From: Octopus bimaculoides
Lineage: Eukaryota
Reading direction: 5' to 3'
Assembly (NCBI RefSeq): GCF_001194135.2
Contig: NC_068982.1
Coordinates: forward strand, 30,120,501 to 30,184,500
Length of the DNA: 64,000 bases
Shown here piece by piece: positions 11,883-24,520 of this stretch (positions are counted from its first letter, which is position 1; every line of letters starts with the position of its first letter). A model generated the notes under the pieces. The model made no database searches and was not told the origin of the DNA. It saw nothing but the letters and a program-made list of their open reading frames with translations. The position numbers and the translations under genes were made by a program.

Positions 11883-12186
11883 TTAACCCATTACCTACCA
11901 GTGATCTCATATAAGATCACTTAAAAATTACAAATTTCGTAATTATCTGTCAATGTCAATATTTACACATATCTAACCTTTTTGCTATATCTACTAGGTA
12001 TATTTCTCTGATATTCAAATGAGGTTTGCTAATTTTTCACCCAATATCTCGCTTATTTCTATTTGAAATGTTATTTTCAAATGTTATTTTGTTCATTCCA
12101 GTGTGTTTCTAAGGCTGTTTTATGCTAGAAATCAAAGTTTCATAAAAAAATTCCAGTTAATAGAATTATAGAAGGTAATGGGTTAA
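11883..12186. mobile_element. TTAA MITE, third family
   Basis: Perfect 14-bp termini TTAACCCATTACCT / AGGTAATGGGTTAA, including the TTAA target. Confidence 0.8.
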
Positions 12187-12677
12187 TCAATGTGTGTGTG
12201 TGAGGCAAGGTTGCAAGGTCTCCACTTAGATACAGTTGACCAAACTTGATTGCTATTGTGAAACCTTTGGTTCAAAATGCTGGCTACCATTATTCATTTG
12301 ACTAGATGCACTAAAAATAGAAAATGTCTTGAGGACATTCAACTTTCGTATGATAAACCAAATAAATCATAATATCTGTCTGTTTGACTCTCCATCTCTG
12401 CGTTGCTCTTTATTCATGTGTCCATCTTTCAATACATCCATGCATCTATCAATGCATTTATCTGTTCATCTCTTCTTCCAGTTATTCATTTATCTATCCA
12501 TCTATAGACCAGGACTTCTATCTATTCATCTATCCATCTCTCTGTTGTTCAGTTTATCCTTCCATCTATCTCTCTGTCCCTCTATCCATGTATCAGGTGT
12601 ATGGACAACTATAGATATATCAATTGCCATACAACACAAATTCTTGATTTATTGAAATTTTTTCTGCCTCTCAAACA

Positions 12678-12938
12678 GTGGCTCTTGACCATTTTTTACC
12701 CATGGACACCTTTGATTCCTAATTTACTTGGGTTGACCGTATTGGCATCTGATGTTTGAAAAAATTTATTATTTTTTTTATAATTGAATATTCTTAGGAA
12801 TTGTGTAAAATATGTAAAATTTATTAATTTTTTATAATTGAATATTCTTAGGAATTGTGTAAAATATGATGTATAACCAATTTATTAAGCATAAATTTTA
12901 ACAACAAAATCTGATATGGATCCCCTGTTGAGAACCAC
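12678..12938. mobile_element. Decayed hAT-type MITE with internal tandem duplication of about 57 bp
   Basis: Termini cagtggctcttgacc / gttgagaaccact. The unit aaaatttatt...ataattgaatattcttaggaattgtgtaaaatatg occurs twice. A related fragment lies near 21760-21900. Confidence 0.65.
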
Positions 12939-12986
12939 TCCCATAGGTATACCACCTTAGGAGAGCGTATATTAAATAATGTGTGG

Positions 12987-13037
<51 letters not shown>

Positions 13038-14550
13038 CATTTCATCATCCTTGCTGTCCTTCTTTTCTTCTTCATAGTCCATCATCCCTTGTTTATTTAT
13101 TCAGAGGTAAATAAACAATGCATTTGGTAATAAGAAAACCATTGCAGATAGAGCTTGGATTTCCAAATGTGTTCATAATATAACTCCAAGACTGACTCTC
13201 ACTTAGGTCAGCTGTATGTGAGGGTAGGCGGACAGCATAAGGTTTCTTATATAACTTTCTGCTGTCTGTTTACTTCTTAATTACTTAGTCAGTAAGAATG
13301 GGTTGGGCTGGGTGAACGGGATATCCATCACTTTTACAGGTCCTACCAACTTGGAAAAGTTTAAATAGATGATTGTATTGAAAGATCTCGAATTAGCATG
13401 TGTTGTGTGTGTAGTTAGTTTTCAAACGAAACACCTAGGCTACAGTTAATGATTCTCTTGCAAGCTCACACTGTGTTTACTAATTCTATTAATTTCACAC
13501 GGCAAAGACTGTCTAAAAGCTTCCTCTTTCAGGAATTATGGCAAATTTAGTTTGATATGTTCAGTGTTTAATAGGTCACTTTAGTTTAATTGAAACAGAA
13601 ATTAGCTGCTTGCGTGTCGCCTCTGATAAATGCCATAACAATCAGTGTAGACAACTGAAGTGTTTGTGATTTTGTGTGAGTGCGTATGTGTGTGTTGAGA
13701 TGATTTGCTGAAGTTTTAGAATAATCATATGAATGATTAAAAACAAAAACAATTGTCACATTTTGGCTGTCTGTTGCTTGTTTTGTGTAAACTGTATGGC
13801 TTTAAATGGTCAATCTAGTTCCAAGTAGACGTACATAGATATAGGGAGTCAGACAGAATATAACGCAGATGTTTGAATATGTAGCAATTAAAAGAAGAAC
13901 CATTGTAAACATAGTTTTCACTTGTTTCAACAAATAAATGAACAGTGAAGTTAATAGGTTTTCTGTGTTTTTAAATGTAATGATACTTCAGTTATAATCC
14001 ATGATGAGATTGAGTCACTTGCTTGAGAAATACAAGTCAAAAATATGTACCTATACTGTTAATAAATAATGATTATAAGCTTTAAGCTTATAAACATTTG
14101 CTGTGTATTGGCAATAGAAGATGGTTTTATATTGGGGCATATAAGCCCTCAATGGGAAAAAATGGGTATTAGTACACAGAGGAATTGAACCCACACCTCT
14201 TATTTTCATGATAAACATATAATAAGATAAGAGGTATGGGTCTGATTCCCATGCACACTAATAACCATTTTTGTCTGTGGAGGGCTTTATGCTCCTATGT
14301 TAGACTATTTTGTATAGCCAATACAGGGGTAATGCTTATAAACTTAAAGCTTATAATTACTATTTACAGAATTTTCACTCCTCATCATTTCTTAATTCAT
14401 ATACATTTAGGTTTAAATAAATGAAATTGAAATCAGTTCATATTCTGTTACACAAATGTATCTTCTTTTTCTTTTACTTGTTTCACTCATTTGACTGTGG
14501 TCATGCTTGGGTGCTGTCTTGACGAGTTTAATCAAACAAATCAATGACAT

Positions 14551-15414
14551 ATAACCTGTAGGTAGTATTCTTTATTGATTGATTGGCACTGTGGTGCATA
14601 TTCATGATGCACAATACCATGGGAGTTAAAGAAGCAGGTCGCAATATCTTCACATTACTGTGGACTTGTGCCTTTTTGAACCTTGGTGATGAATGCTTCC
14701 ATTGAGAGGACTGAAACTTAGTTTCCTGGTTGTAACCATAAACCCCTATTTTATTACCAGTGATGATGGTCTTCATGAAGTCTGGGTCATGGTTTGCACA
14801 GCCCAGCAAGTCCTGAGCGATTTCCATGCATTGTTGCTTCTGCTGCTCTGCCAGCACTTTGGGGACAAATTCTGCTGAAACTCTCTGCATGCACAAATCC
14901 TCTATTAAAATAGAATGCATTGATCCTGTGCTCAATCCCACTTCATGAGTGATTTCCTGGATTATCACATACTGGTCCTCTATGACTATTTGTTGACCCC
15001 TCAATCAGCTCTGCGCTTCGGCTTGTGGATGGCCTGCCTGAGCATGTTTCATCCACCACTGAGGTACAGCCATGTCTGAAGCAGTTGAATCACTCCTTGA
15101 TCTGAGTTTTTCCGCAGAGCATCATTGCCAAAAGCTTGCCGAATCTTCTGTTTGGTTTGATTTTGAGTACCATCAAGTTTTTAGCAAAACTTGATGCAAT
15201 GTCTCTGCTCAACATATTTGGACATCTTTCATGAAAATGATAATCTGTAATACATGCTTCTAATCTCGGCATAACAGCTGGGAACTGCCAGCATGTAAAT
15301 TTTCACACATGCACTGAAACAGTAGTGTTGCTTCCAGCCCCAAAGATTTTGCCCACATGGCATTAGTTTTGGCTGGAAAAAATAAAGTTGGATGCTTTTG
15401 AAACAAACCTCATA
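14551..15414 (-). mobile_element. Degenerate mariner (Tc1/mariner) transposon, 3'-truncated
   Basis: The minus strand gives the mariner N-terminus (EQRHCIKFC...SGRPST) and core (RVSAEFVPKVL...FMKTIITGNKIGVYGYNQETKFQSSQWKH), homologous to the WVPK and TGDETWVYGYDPETK motifs, with stops and frameshifts. The 5' TIR TATGAGGTTTGTTTCAAAAGCATCC ends at 15414. The copy is cut off by a SINE tail near 14550. Confidence 0.92.
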
Positions 15415-15689
15415 TATTATATGTGTAATATATAAGGAGTATATATATCATAATTAAATTATATGTTATGTACTTTATTATTGCATTTTGTTATGCACAT
15501 CATTTCCCAGTCTGAGGAAAAGTGATCTTGCATGGAACTCATCAGTGGTATAAAAAAAAAGCTTGGAGACTGCTGACCAGAGAGCCAGGTGTCCATGATA
15601 AATGACACAATCTGTTAAGTATGGCACTGTCACCCAAAAGGTACCTTAAAACAAAATAATAACAGGTGTTATTGATAAACTGGTCAGTG

Positions 15690-15889
15690 TGTTTATCCTG
15701 ATATTCTACCTGCTTTATGTTCAAACTGGCCAGATCCTGCCTCTCACTCCAACCCTACCATATCATTCTACAAATAATCAGTCACGCCATTGAAATCTCA
15801 AATCTATATGATAATGTGTGATTAATTCAAAATAGTGTGAATATATAAGCATTGCATTTGACTGGGTAATCTGAATGTAAAAGGGTTAA
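15690..15889 (-). mobile_element. TTAA MITE (same family as 633-860), inverted
   Basis: attctacctgctttatgttcaaactggccagatcc...aatctgaatgtaaaagggttaa. Confidence 0.7.
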
Positions 15890-18296
15890 AAGAAACCAGA
15901 GAATCAAATGTTGGATGTAAATGGATGGGGCAGTGTGTTAGGCATGGTTCAATCATCTTACTCAAGAGACACCTAGAAAATCAGGTGTTGGTGATTAACT
16001 TGTCACCATTTTAAATGTGCCACTTAAAAACTATGGCCATACTGTAAAATATGGAGTATGTTTGGATTTCGATAGTATTATTGTACTGCTGCTTGCCTAA
16101 TTACAGATTTCTTGTTTAGCCATATTACTCCTGGCCTTCAATATGAATGTGTGCTTTGAACTGTTTAATTTTAATAATAGAAATCAATTATCTTTGTGTT
16201 GACTAAAGAACAAAAATAAATCCTTAAGAAGTAGGTATGATAACATTTGTATTTATGTTTAGACACACACACACGTGTGTTGTGTGTATATACATATCTG
16301 CATATATATATATATATTCACATGTGTGTGTGTATGTATGTATATATATATTCACATGTGTGTCTGTGTATACACATATATATCTACATATTCTTCCTGC
16401 TAGTTTATTGTAACACTTTCTCCATTTCTTCTCCGTGAAATTGTCCATATTAACATAGAAAAGATATAATCATCACTTTTATTTCTTCTCGTTACAAACA
16501 AGCAAAATACTTCCCACACAATTGCGGCAGTGCCACTTGAGATAACACTGGTGCTGGCAGCAGCTACATTTGAGAACCTGTAAGAATATCTTTTCGCTGC
16601 ATTACGTTGAGAAAGTAGTGATTGTGATGTATCTATTGCATATTCCACGAAAGAAGAGAGAGTAAAACAACGAAAACAAAGAGCAAGGAAAGAAAAAAAA
16701 AAACAAAAGCAGCAAGCATGGAGTATCTTTTTGAATAATCATTGCTTCTTAATTGATTTTCCCTGAACTGAATATAGTTTCTTTTGATTCTCACCTCAGC
16801 CTGACCCTTCAAATAGATCTAAGGCTATGTGCCAAGTATAACTGTACAAGTGTGTCCATTAAACATGCATGTGGGTGTGAATATGTAGTATTAAGCATAC
16901 ATACTGTAGTGCTTAATTCTGGTATGTTCTTTATTTTGTGTTTTCTTCCTGCTGTTCTAGTCTTCATTTCCCACTGCCCTTGGTAATAGATGGAGCTAAT
17001 TGCTTGAGGTAACAGGACTTTGAAATCTATCATGGCATAATTCTTTGATGTAATGATTTCATCCGATTAGTCAATGGACTTGCTTTGCTTTTCTATATGG
17101 ATTGCTTAGGGAATTTCTTTGCGATTCATTTCTTTTTCTTTTTTAATCTCTCTCTTTCTCTCTCTCTCTCTTGTTTTATTTGGTTTTCCTGAGTTGATTC
17201 ATCAAATTTATTTCTGTGTTGTTGCTGTAACACTTGTCTGTGTCTACCATTCTTTGCTACAAAGAAGGAGACTCTAATTCTGATTGTTGCCTATTACGGT
17301 TCCTTGCAAATGCTTTCATGGTGGCAATAGCTTTGATATAAACTACTCTTCAAGTGATTCATATTCTTGAAAGTAGGTTTTATTATATTATTAATTTCTA
17401 AAAGAACAAAAAGAAAAAAATACCTCACTTGCATCTATGTAAACCTATTAGATGGTGGTGGGAATTATGAGTTGGGAAAAAAAAACAAAACAGCAAAGAG
17501 AATGCCATTTGCTTTAGTTCTGGGCATAAAACACTTCACCACATTTACAAATTTATCAGACCTGAAGATAATGTATAGATATTACTATTCATAGTTAACA
17601 TATATCTGTTTGAATTATAGTTGATAACACAATAGTAATGAGTATAATATTGATACTTCTAATGATATGTATGCAACATTTACAGAAATTTATTGAGTCT
17701 TGTGTGTTTATATGTTTCATGGGTATGTGTGTGTGTGTGGTGCTTTGTGCATATGTTTGTATTGGAAATACCCAAAAATATGCCCATATATTTATACATG
17801 GCAAAAAAACGAAAAGAAAGATAAAAACTGATTTTAAATACTCTAACCTCATAAATGTATTATTGGCATACATAAATTTGTGACAGTTTCTCTGTAGCTT
17901 TCTGCTAAATTTTCGTCCTTCCATTTTTAATGTGACACTATCTATATTAATGCTTGCTTTCATATAATACTTTTTTTCACTTACAATATATAAATTCACA
18001 TGTTCTTGCACAAATTTGTGTGCTTGCAAACACTGAGGTTGATTCTATCATTATTGTTTGCTTTACACAAAATTTCTCCTTCTCATCTTTTGTGCTTTAC
18101 ATAACGGAAGAGTTGGGTTCATTCTTATTGTGGAAATTTTACTTATATCAGAATAACAAATAGTTTCTTTTCTCTGATTTTATTTCCTGAACAAATGCTA
18201 TTGCAGTTTAACTGAGTGAAACTTAAGTTCACTTTGTGTGCATCTTCATCTGTTCCATAATCATACATTTCTCTTCTATTTTTTCTCATCCTCCAC

Positions 18297-18500
18297 TGGC
18301 TGTGTGGTTAAGAAGTTTTGCTTCCCAACCATATGGTTTCAAGTTTAGTTACATTGTGTAGCACTCTGGGCAAGTGTCTTCTACTACAGCTCAAGGCCCA
18401 TCAAAGCCTTGTGAATGGATTTGGTTGAGGGGGAGCTGTAAAAGGCATGCGTGTGTGTATGCATTTGTTTGTATTTGTATGTTTGTGTCTCATTGTCTTG
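18297..18500 (+). mobile_element. SINE family A, 5' half
   Basis: ggctgtgtggttaagaagttttgcttcccaaccatatgg...ctgggcaagtgtcttctactacagc. Confidence 0.75.
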
Positions 18501-18944
18501 ACATCATGTGATAGTTGTAAATGATTGTCACTATGACAGAAGCAGTGTTATTCATTTCCAATATCCTGTAAGAATGTATCTGGCCATGGGGAAATATTAC
18601 CTTGCTTAGAATCATATAAGGGTTGACAACAGGAAAAACCGGCCCCAATAAACCCCATTTGATCCATGCAAGTATGGCGAAGCAACCATTAAAGTGATTA
18701 TGTTGATGGTGGCTAAGAGTTATGATGATAATTGCTTGCATTATATGAGTAGCAACAAAAATTTACTATACACTCCTTCAGTGTCCCAGCATAGCTGGTT
18801 TGTGACATTTTGTGGTACAGTTGTTATAATGCAATAACACTGATCATGCCCTTCCAAATGCCAACCACTTTACAGTGTGGACTGGATACTTTTCACCTGG
18901 CAATGACCATGAAGAAATATATACCAGAAATAATAATGATTTCA

Positions 18945-19155
18945 AATGTTGGCACAAGGACAGCAATTTCTGTGGGTGGTTGGGATAAGTCGATTACATC
19001 AGCCCCAGCGTTCAACTGGTGCTTATTTTGTTGAACCTTAAAAGATGAAAGTCAGAGTTAACCTCGGTAGAATTTGAACTCAGAATGTAAAGACAAACAA
19101 AATGCTGATAAGCATTTTGCCTAGCTTGCTAATTATTCTGCCAGCTCATCGCCCT
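18945..19155 (-). mobile_element. SINE family B, inverted
   Basis: aagatgaaagtcagagttaacctcggtagaatttgaactcagaatg...ttctgccagctcatcgcc. Confidence 0.8.
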
Positions 19156-19919
19156 ATTTACCAGTAATAATAATAATAACAACAACAATTACAATGATGA
19201 TCATGATGATGCTAGCAGCAGCCATAATAATGATGATAAACCAACAAATAGATACAGGCTTGGGCTGAATCACAATAATTTGGATGGTAGGAATGTGGCA
19301 GGTGAAATTACTGGTATTAACATTCTATGGCAAGCCATAAAAGGATGTAGTGGTGATAATGATTAAAGTAATAAAGATGAATTGTCGTTTATTTTGCATT
19401 CTACTGACACCTGTTATAAGGGATTGGCAGAGTATAAACATGTGCTTCAATATATGTCATTGACTTTGAAAGCCCATATATTGAGCAATCGGAGGAATGG
19501 GTTAAAATGAAAGATAATGTGAAAATAAGAGAGATGTAAAAGTAAAAAAAGAATATGCAGAGTTTGTTGGAACAAGTGGACATATAAAGCAAAATTAAAA
19601 TTCAGTGTGATTAAGTATTAAATGAAGAAAAATCTATTTGTTAACTAGTTTGTAAGTTAGTTAATTAAATCTCCTGTGTTGAAAGACAGAGAGTTAATAA
19701 TGCAGCTACTTGAATGGCAGGATTGAAAGAAATTAGGGCTTGACAGAAGGCAAGTTTATTGGGTTGTATATAGAATTATATAGTGCAAGGGAATTGAAAA
19801 TATCTGATATAAATTCAAGGCATAAACTGAACAATCAAGTGAGGAGGAGAGAGTATCTTCACTGCTATTATGAAAAGCATTTGAATTGTTAATGCTGCTC
19901 CCACAGCTGAAAGAGATTG

Positions 19920-20210
19920 GCTTGCAAGAGCCCTGTGCTGGTGCTATGTTTTTATGCACACATACTGGTGCCAAGTAAAAACCTCCCAAGCTGGTGCCAT
20001 GTAAAAGCACTCATGCTGGTGTCATGTAAAGACACTGGTGCTAGTGACATGTAAAAATTACCAAGCACACTCTGTAAAGCGGTTGACATTAGGAAGGGCA
20101 TCTAGCTGTAGAAACCATGTCGAAACAGACAGTTGGGATCTGGTGCAGCTCTGGTCAAAACACCCAACCCATACCAGTATAGGAAAATGGACACTAAATG
20201 ATGATGTTGA
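19920..20210 (+). mobile_element. RTE-tail repeat family C with internal tandem gctggtgccatgtaaaa units
   Basis: Tandem 20-25 bp units, then aggaagggcatctagctgtagaaacc...ggaaaatggacactaaatgatgatg. Related copies lie at 6570-6835, 10860-11000, 18500-18700, 26945-27105, 33690-33960, 37590-37790 and 54615-54770. Confidence 0.7.
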
Positions 20211-21069
20211 TTTGAAGTATGACAAAAGGCATGTTGCATAGCGATATGACTGAGCTGTGAATCATGAGAAGCTGTTAGTTTTATAGGGTTAAGGGAGCAG
20301 TGAATGAATTGGAAAGGTAAAGAAATAAGTTATGGGTCGTAACTTACGGGAAGACGGAAGAACACTAGACAAGGCTGTAATAATGAAGTGATACAGACCT
20401 TTGTACTCAGAGCTGTATTGTGTGAAAATGTGTATGAGATAAAGACTTAGGGATGGACAATAACTAATGGATTTAAGGAATCAGAGGCGAGTAATAGGAA
20501 AAAATGAAATCTATGGGGGAAGGGATTCAATTATGTAGCTTAGAAAACCATAAAAGCAGAAACCAATACACTGTGCACTCAGAAATTAATAAAGTCCTGT
20601 GAAGGGTTAGGGGTTAAGAGGCTTATAGTCCTGTAATGAAATTTAGAAACAAAACTCACAAATAAATCAGTAAAGATTAAGGGTGAAGAAAGTCTAAAAG
20701 TTAGTGCAAAAGAACTAAAATGTGAAGAAGAAATGAAAGAGGAATGAGAAAGTAAATGTATAAAACTCTCGAAATTTGTCAATGCATCCTGAATTATTGA
20801 GATTTATGCAGTTAAAGATGACTAAATAAAGTTTATGTATAAAGATTAAAATTAAAAACTGATAGTTTGTAAACTGTTCTTATTAGGAAAGTACTGAGAA
20901 GAAATCTTCAGGGGTTGTGAATATTAGTTGTACAATAACTCCAGTTAATGGATGGATTGTGTGTTGGTTAAGGAGAGGGTAAAATGCATAGATATAGCTC
21001 AGGTGATACACATAAAAGTTAAAGGGAATTTTAAAATGATATAACTGTATTAGTTAAAGAGACAAAGTT

Positions 21070-21391
21070 AATGCTCAGAGATTAGAGCGTCAGGTTCACA
21101 ATCATGAGGTAGTGAGTTCAATTCCTGGACTGGGCTGTATGTTGAGTTCTTGAACGAGACACTTTATTCCACATTGCTTCAGTTGACTCACCTATAGGAA
21201 TGAGTTGTGACATCACTATTGCCAAGCTGTATTAGCCTTTGCTTTTCCCTTGGATAACATCAGTGGCATGTAGAGCAGAGGCTAGTATGCATGGGAAACT
21301 GCTGGTCTTCCATAAACAACCTTGCCTAGACTTGTACCGCAGAGGGGAACTTTCTAGGTGCAATCCCCTGGTTATTCATGACCAAAGGGGG
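21070..21391 (+). mobile_element. tRNA-derived CORE-type SINE
   Basis: gtgagttcaattcctggac...gagttcttgaacgagacactttattccacattgcttcagttgactca, followed by a (CTT)n tail. Confidence 0.7.
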
Positions 21392-21447
21392 TTCTTCTTC
21401 TTCTTCTTCATCTTCTTCTTCTTCTTCTTCATCTTCTTCTTCTTCTT
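21392..21447. repeat. (CTT)n microsatellite
   Basis: Direct reading. Confidence 0.97.
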
Positions 21448-21479
21448 AGAGAGACAAAAAATAGCATTGACACAGGTTT

Positions 21480-21715
21480 CTAGTTCATGTCAGTGTGTAG
21501 CATCTTGGGTAAGTTTCTTCTACTATAACCTCAGACTGACCAAAGCCTCATGAGTGGACTTGGTTGATGGAAACTGAAAGAAGCCTGTCAAATGTGTGTG
21601 TGTGTGTGTGTATTTGTGTCAATGTTTGTCCCTCATCACCTTTTGACAACCACTGTTGTAGCGTAGTAGTTTGGCAAAAGAGAGTGATAGAATAAGTACC
21701 AGGCTTTAAAAACTG
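21480..21715 (+). mobile_element. SINE family A, body
   Basis: gcatcttgggtaagtttcttctactataacc...tttggcaaaagagagtgatagaataagtaccagg. Confidence 0.7.
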
Positions 21716-22044
21716 ATGCCAACATTGGAAAATTGGTGTTCAATAATGACGACGACAATGATGATAGACCCTCATCACCATTCAATGCTTAAAAAAAAAT
21801 CACACAATTTTTATAATTGAATATTATTAGGGATTGTATAAAAACGATTATGAAATATTTTGTGTATTGTAGAAGTATAACCAATTTGTTGCTGATGAAT
21901 CATAGATTTAATTGGCTCACTCAAATTTCAGACTTTGTTCCCAAGTTAGAATTCTTCTTTATCATTAATATTTATGATTATCTGGTTCATTCATGGACAG
22001 TTTAGACCACCAGGCAAAATACCTTGCAATATTTAGTTCCAATA

Positions 22045-22470
22045 AGGCAGTGAGCTGGCAGAATCATTAGCATGCCAGGGAAAATGCTTAGTGGCATTTC
22101 GTCCATCTGTACATTCTGAGTTCAAATGTTGCCTGGGTTGATAAAATAAGTACTGTTTGAGCACTGTGGTCAATATAATTAGCTCCCTACCTCTTTGGAA
22201 ATGTTGGCCTTGTACCAAAAATTTGAAACCAATATTTAGTGCTGATTAGGCAGTGAGCTGACCAAATCATTAGCACACTGGTCAAAATGCTTAGCAGTGT
22301 TTTGTCTGTATGTTCTGAGTTCAAATTCTGCCATGGTTGACTTTACCTTTCGTCCTTATGGGATCGATAAAATAAATACCAGTTGAGCACTGATGTTGAT
22401 GTAATCCATTAACACCCCCACCAGAATTGCTGGCCTTGAGCAAAAATTGGAAATCAAATATTTAGTTATG
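22045..22470 (+). mobile_element. Two tandem SINE family B copies
   Basis: aggcagtgagctggcagaatcattagc...gttctgagttcaaat occurs at about 22047 and again at about 22248. Confidence 0.8.
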
Positions 22471-23449
22471 ATACTTCACATTCTGTTACGGTCAACTCTT
22501 TCTTTTAATCTGCTCAGATTGATAAAGCGTGTACCATTTTATATACTAGTTTTGATGTAATCCCAACCCTTCACTTCAAAACTTGTGACATTAAAAACTA
22601 TTATTGCTATTTATGTTGTCATAATAGTAAAGATGGTGGCTTTGCAGAAATTTTATAACAATAAACTGGATGTTAATCTTATTTAACTTTGAGACCCCTC
22701 CTTGTCTCGTAGTTCAAACCCTACTGTGTGTTACTTTGGTCATCATTCTTCTCAGGTCATTGAAATAAGCATCATAATTTACTATGATTGACTTTAACTC
22801 ATCCACCAAAGAAAATTGTTCTTTTTACTTCAAGTAAAAAGCTATTATTGATTTATTTAACCTTATTGTTATTACTACTATTATTATAATCACGATGACC
22901 CTTGCCCTGCTGTAGTGATAAGTTCTCTGTAGACTGTGTCTGCTTTTGATTCCTTATTGGAATTTTATCACTAATGTCTTTTAGAAAATCATAGAAATTA
23001 CAGAATTTCCATTTCCCCACCGTCTTCTCTAAATCTAAGATGTTGAGTCTGTTTAAGAAATCAATAATGCTCTTTAACAATTCTGATTCTCGATTCACAT
23101 TCTATAGTTCAATAATATATTTTACTGTAAAATCTCACACGTTTCACTACATTAAAGTAATTTATGTTTGCTAGCTTAAATATGTCTTCTCGAACTTTTC
23201 AATGCAGTGATGTAAACATTTTGTTCCTTGCATTTATGTGGTAAATGATGAATGCTTTTTGCCTAAGTGATAATTCTTCTGTAATGGAAGCCGTACTATT
23301 AGTACTGATAGTGGTGGTAGTGAAGGTGGTGGTTGTGTTGTGGTTTTGCCTCAAGTGAGCCTTGGTGGAGCAGACCTATAACCAAGATTATTCTAACTCC
23401 ACTAACCCTGTCTTTTTATTTCTACATATGATGTATGTATGTTGGCACC

Positions 23450-23786
23450 TATTCTTTTATGTGTTTCAGTCATTTGACTGTGGTCATGCTGGAGCACTGC
23501 CTTGAAGTTTTTTTTTTTGTGTTTAGTCGAACAATTTCACTCCAGGACTTATTTTTTAAGCCTAATACTTATTTTATTTGTCTCTTTTGCAAGCTGCTAA
23601 GTTACGAGGATGTAAACACACCAACACCAATTGTCAAGTAGTGGTTGGTGACAAACACAGACACAAAGACACACGCACACATATAGATATATACATATGG
23701 GCTTCTCTCAGTTTCTGTCTCCCAGATCCACTCACAAGGCTTTGGTTTGCCCAAAGCTATAGAAGAAGACACTTGCCCAATGTGTC
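23450..23786 (-). mobile_element. SINE family A, inverted, lacking head
   Basis: The reverse complement aligns to the body and tail of 42836-43245. Confidence 0.85.
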
Positions 23787-24018
23787 TTTTTTGTTTGTAA
23801 ACGTGATATAGTGTAACTAAGGAAATTTAGTTACTATTTGCTGCAAGTCGGACAAAGATACTTTCACTATTACTCATTTACTATCAAAAACACTGCAGGA
23901 ATATCTCAACTTACGATGATAATTGGTTCCAAGACATATAACCTAACTTGAAAAACAATGCGACTCAATAAAATTTGTAAAATTTGTAAAAGTTTGTGAA
24001 ATTTATTAGCTTATAATT

Positions 24019-24176
24019 GCAGGTGTGGCTGTGTGGTATGAAGCTTGCTTTCTAATCACATGGTTCCGGGTTCAGTCCCACTGAGTGGCACCTTGGGCAA
24101 GTGCCTTCTAGTGTAGCCTCATCTGACCAAAGTCTTGTGAGTGGGTTTGATAGATGGAAACTGGAAGAGGCTTCTC
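24019..24176 (+). mobile_element. SINE family A, 5' half
   Basis: gcaggtgtggctgtgtggtatgaagcttgc...ggttcagtcccactgagtggcaccttgggcaagtg...gatggaaactggaaga. Confidence 0.85.
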
Positions 24177-24191
24177 TTATATATATGTATA

Positions 24192-24520
24192 TATACAAGG
24201 TTATTCAAAAAGAATGAACCCAAATGTTTTAAAAATTGCCAATATGGTCAGGGAAAAAAGTTTCCAGTTTAGTTGTATGTAGCATAATTTGACTTACTTA
24301 TGATCAGATTTTATTAAATTTTCATTAAATAAAAATAATTTTTGTTTAAATGGTATCACATTGAAAGCTATTAAATTATGAAGTACTTGTGTTGTTTATA
24401 ATAAACTTCATTTTACATTTCTTGCTCACAAGAGATCATGCCCAATTTTAGCATACTTCTGTATGTCTTCTCAAATCATGATCACAGGAAAAGTTGTTGA
24501 TAGTTCTTATCAACAAAAAC
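24192..24520. mobile_element. Tc1/mariner-like terminal fragment
   Basis: Begins tatacaaggttattcaaaaagaatgaacc, resembling TACAGGGTGATTCAAAAAG termini. No partner TIR was found. Confidence 0.35.

Noticed and set aside
18150-18295. Minus-strand RKNRREMYDYGTDED resembling the end of a DnaJ domain
   Set aside because: There is no HPD motif or splice acceptor, the segment abuts a SINE, and the similarity is too short.
19400-19510. Exon-like GLAEYKHVLQYMSLTLKAHILSNRRNG
   Set aside because: The donor is weak, and another frame (YVIDFESPY) suggests a decayed LINE RT motif rather than a host exon.
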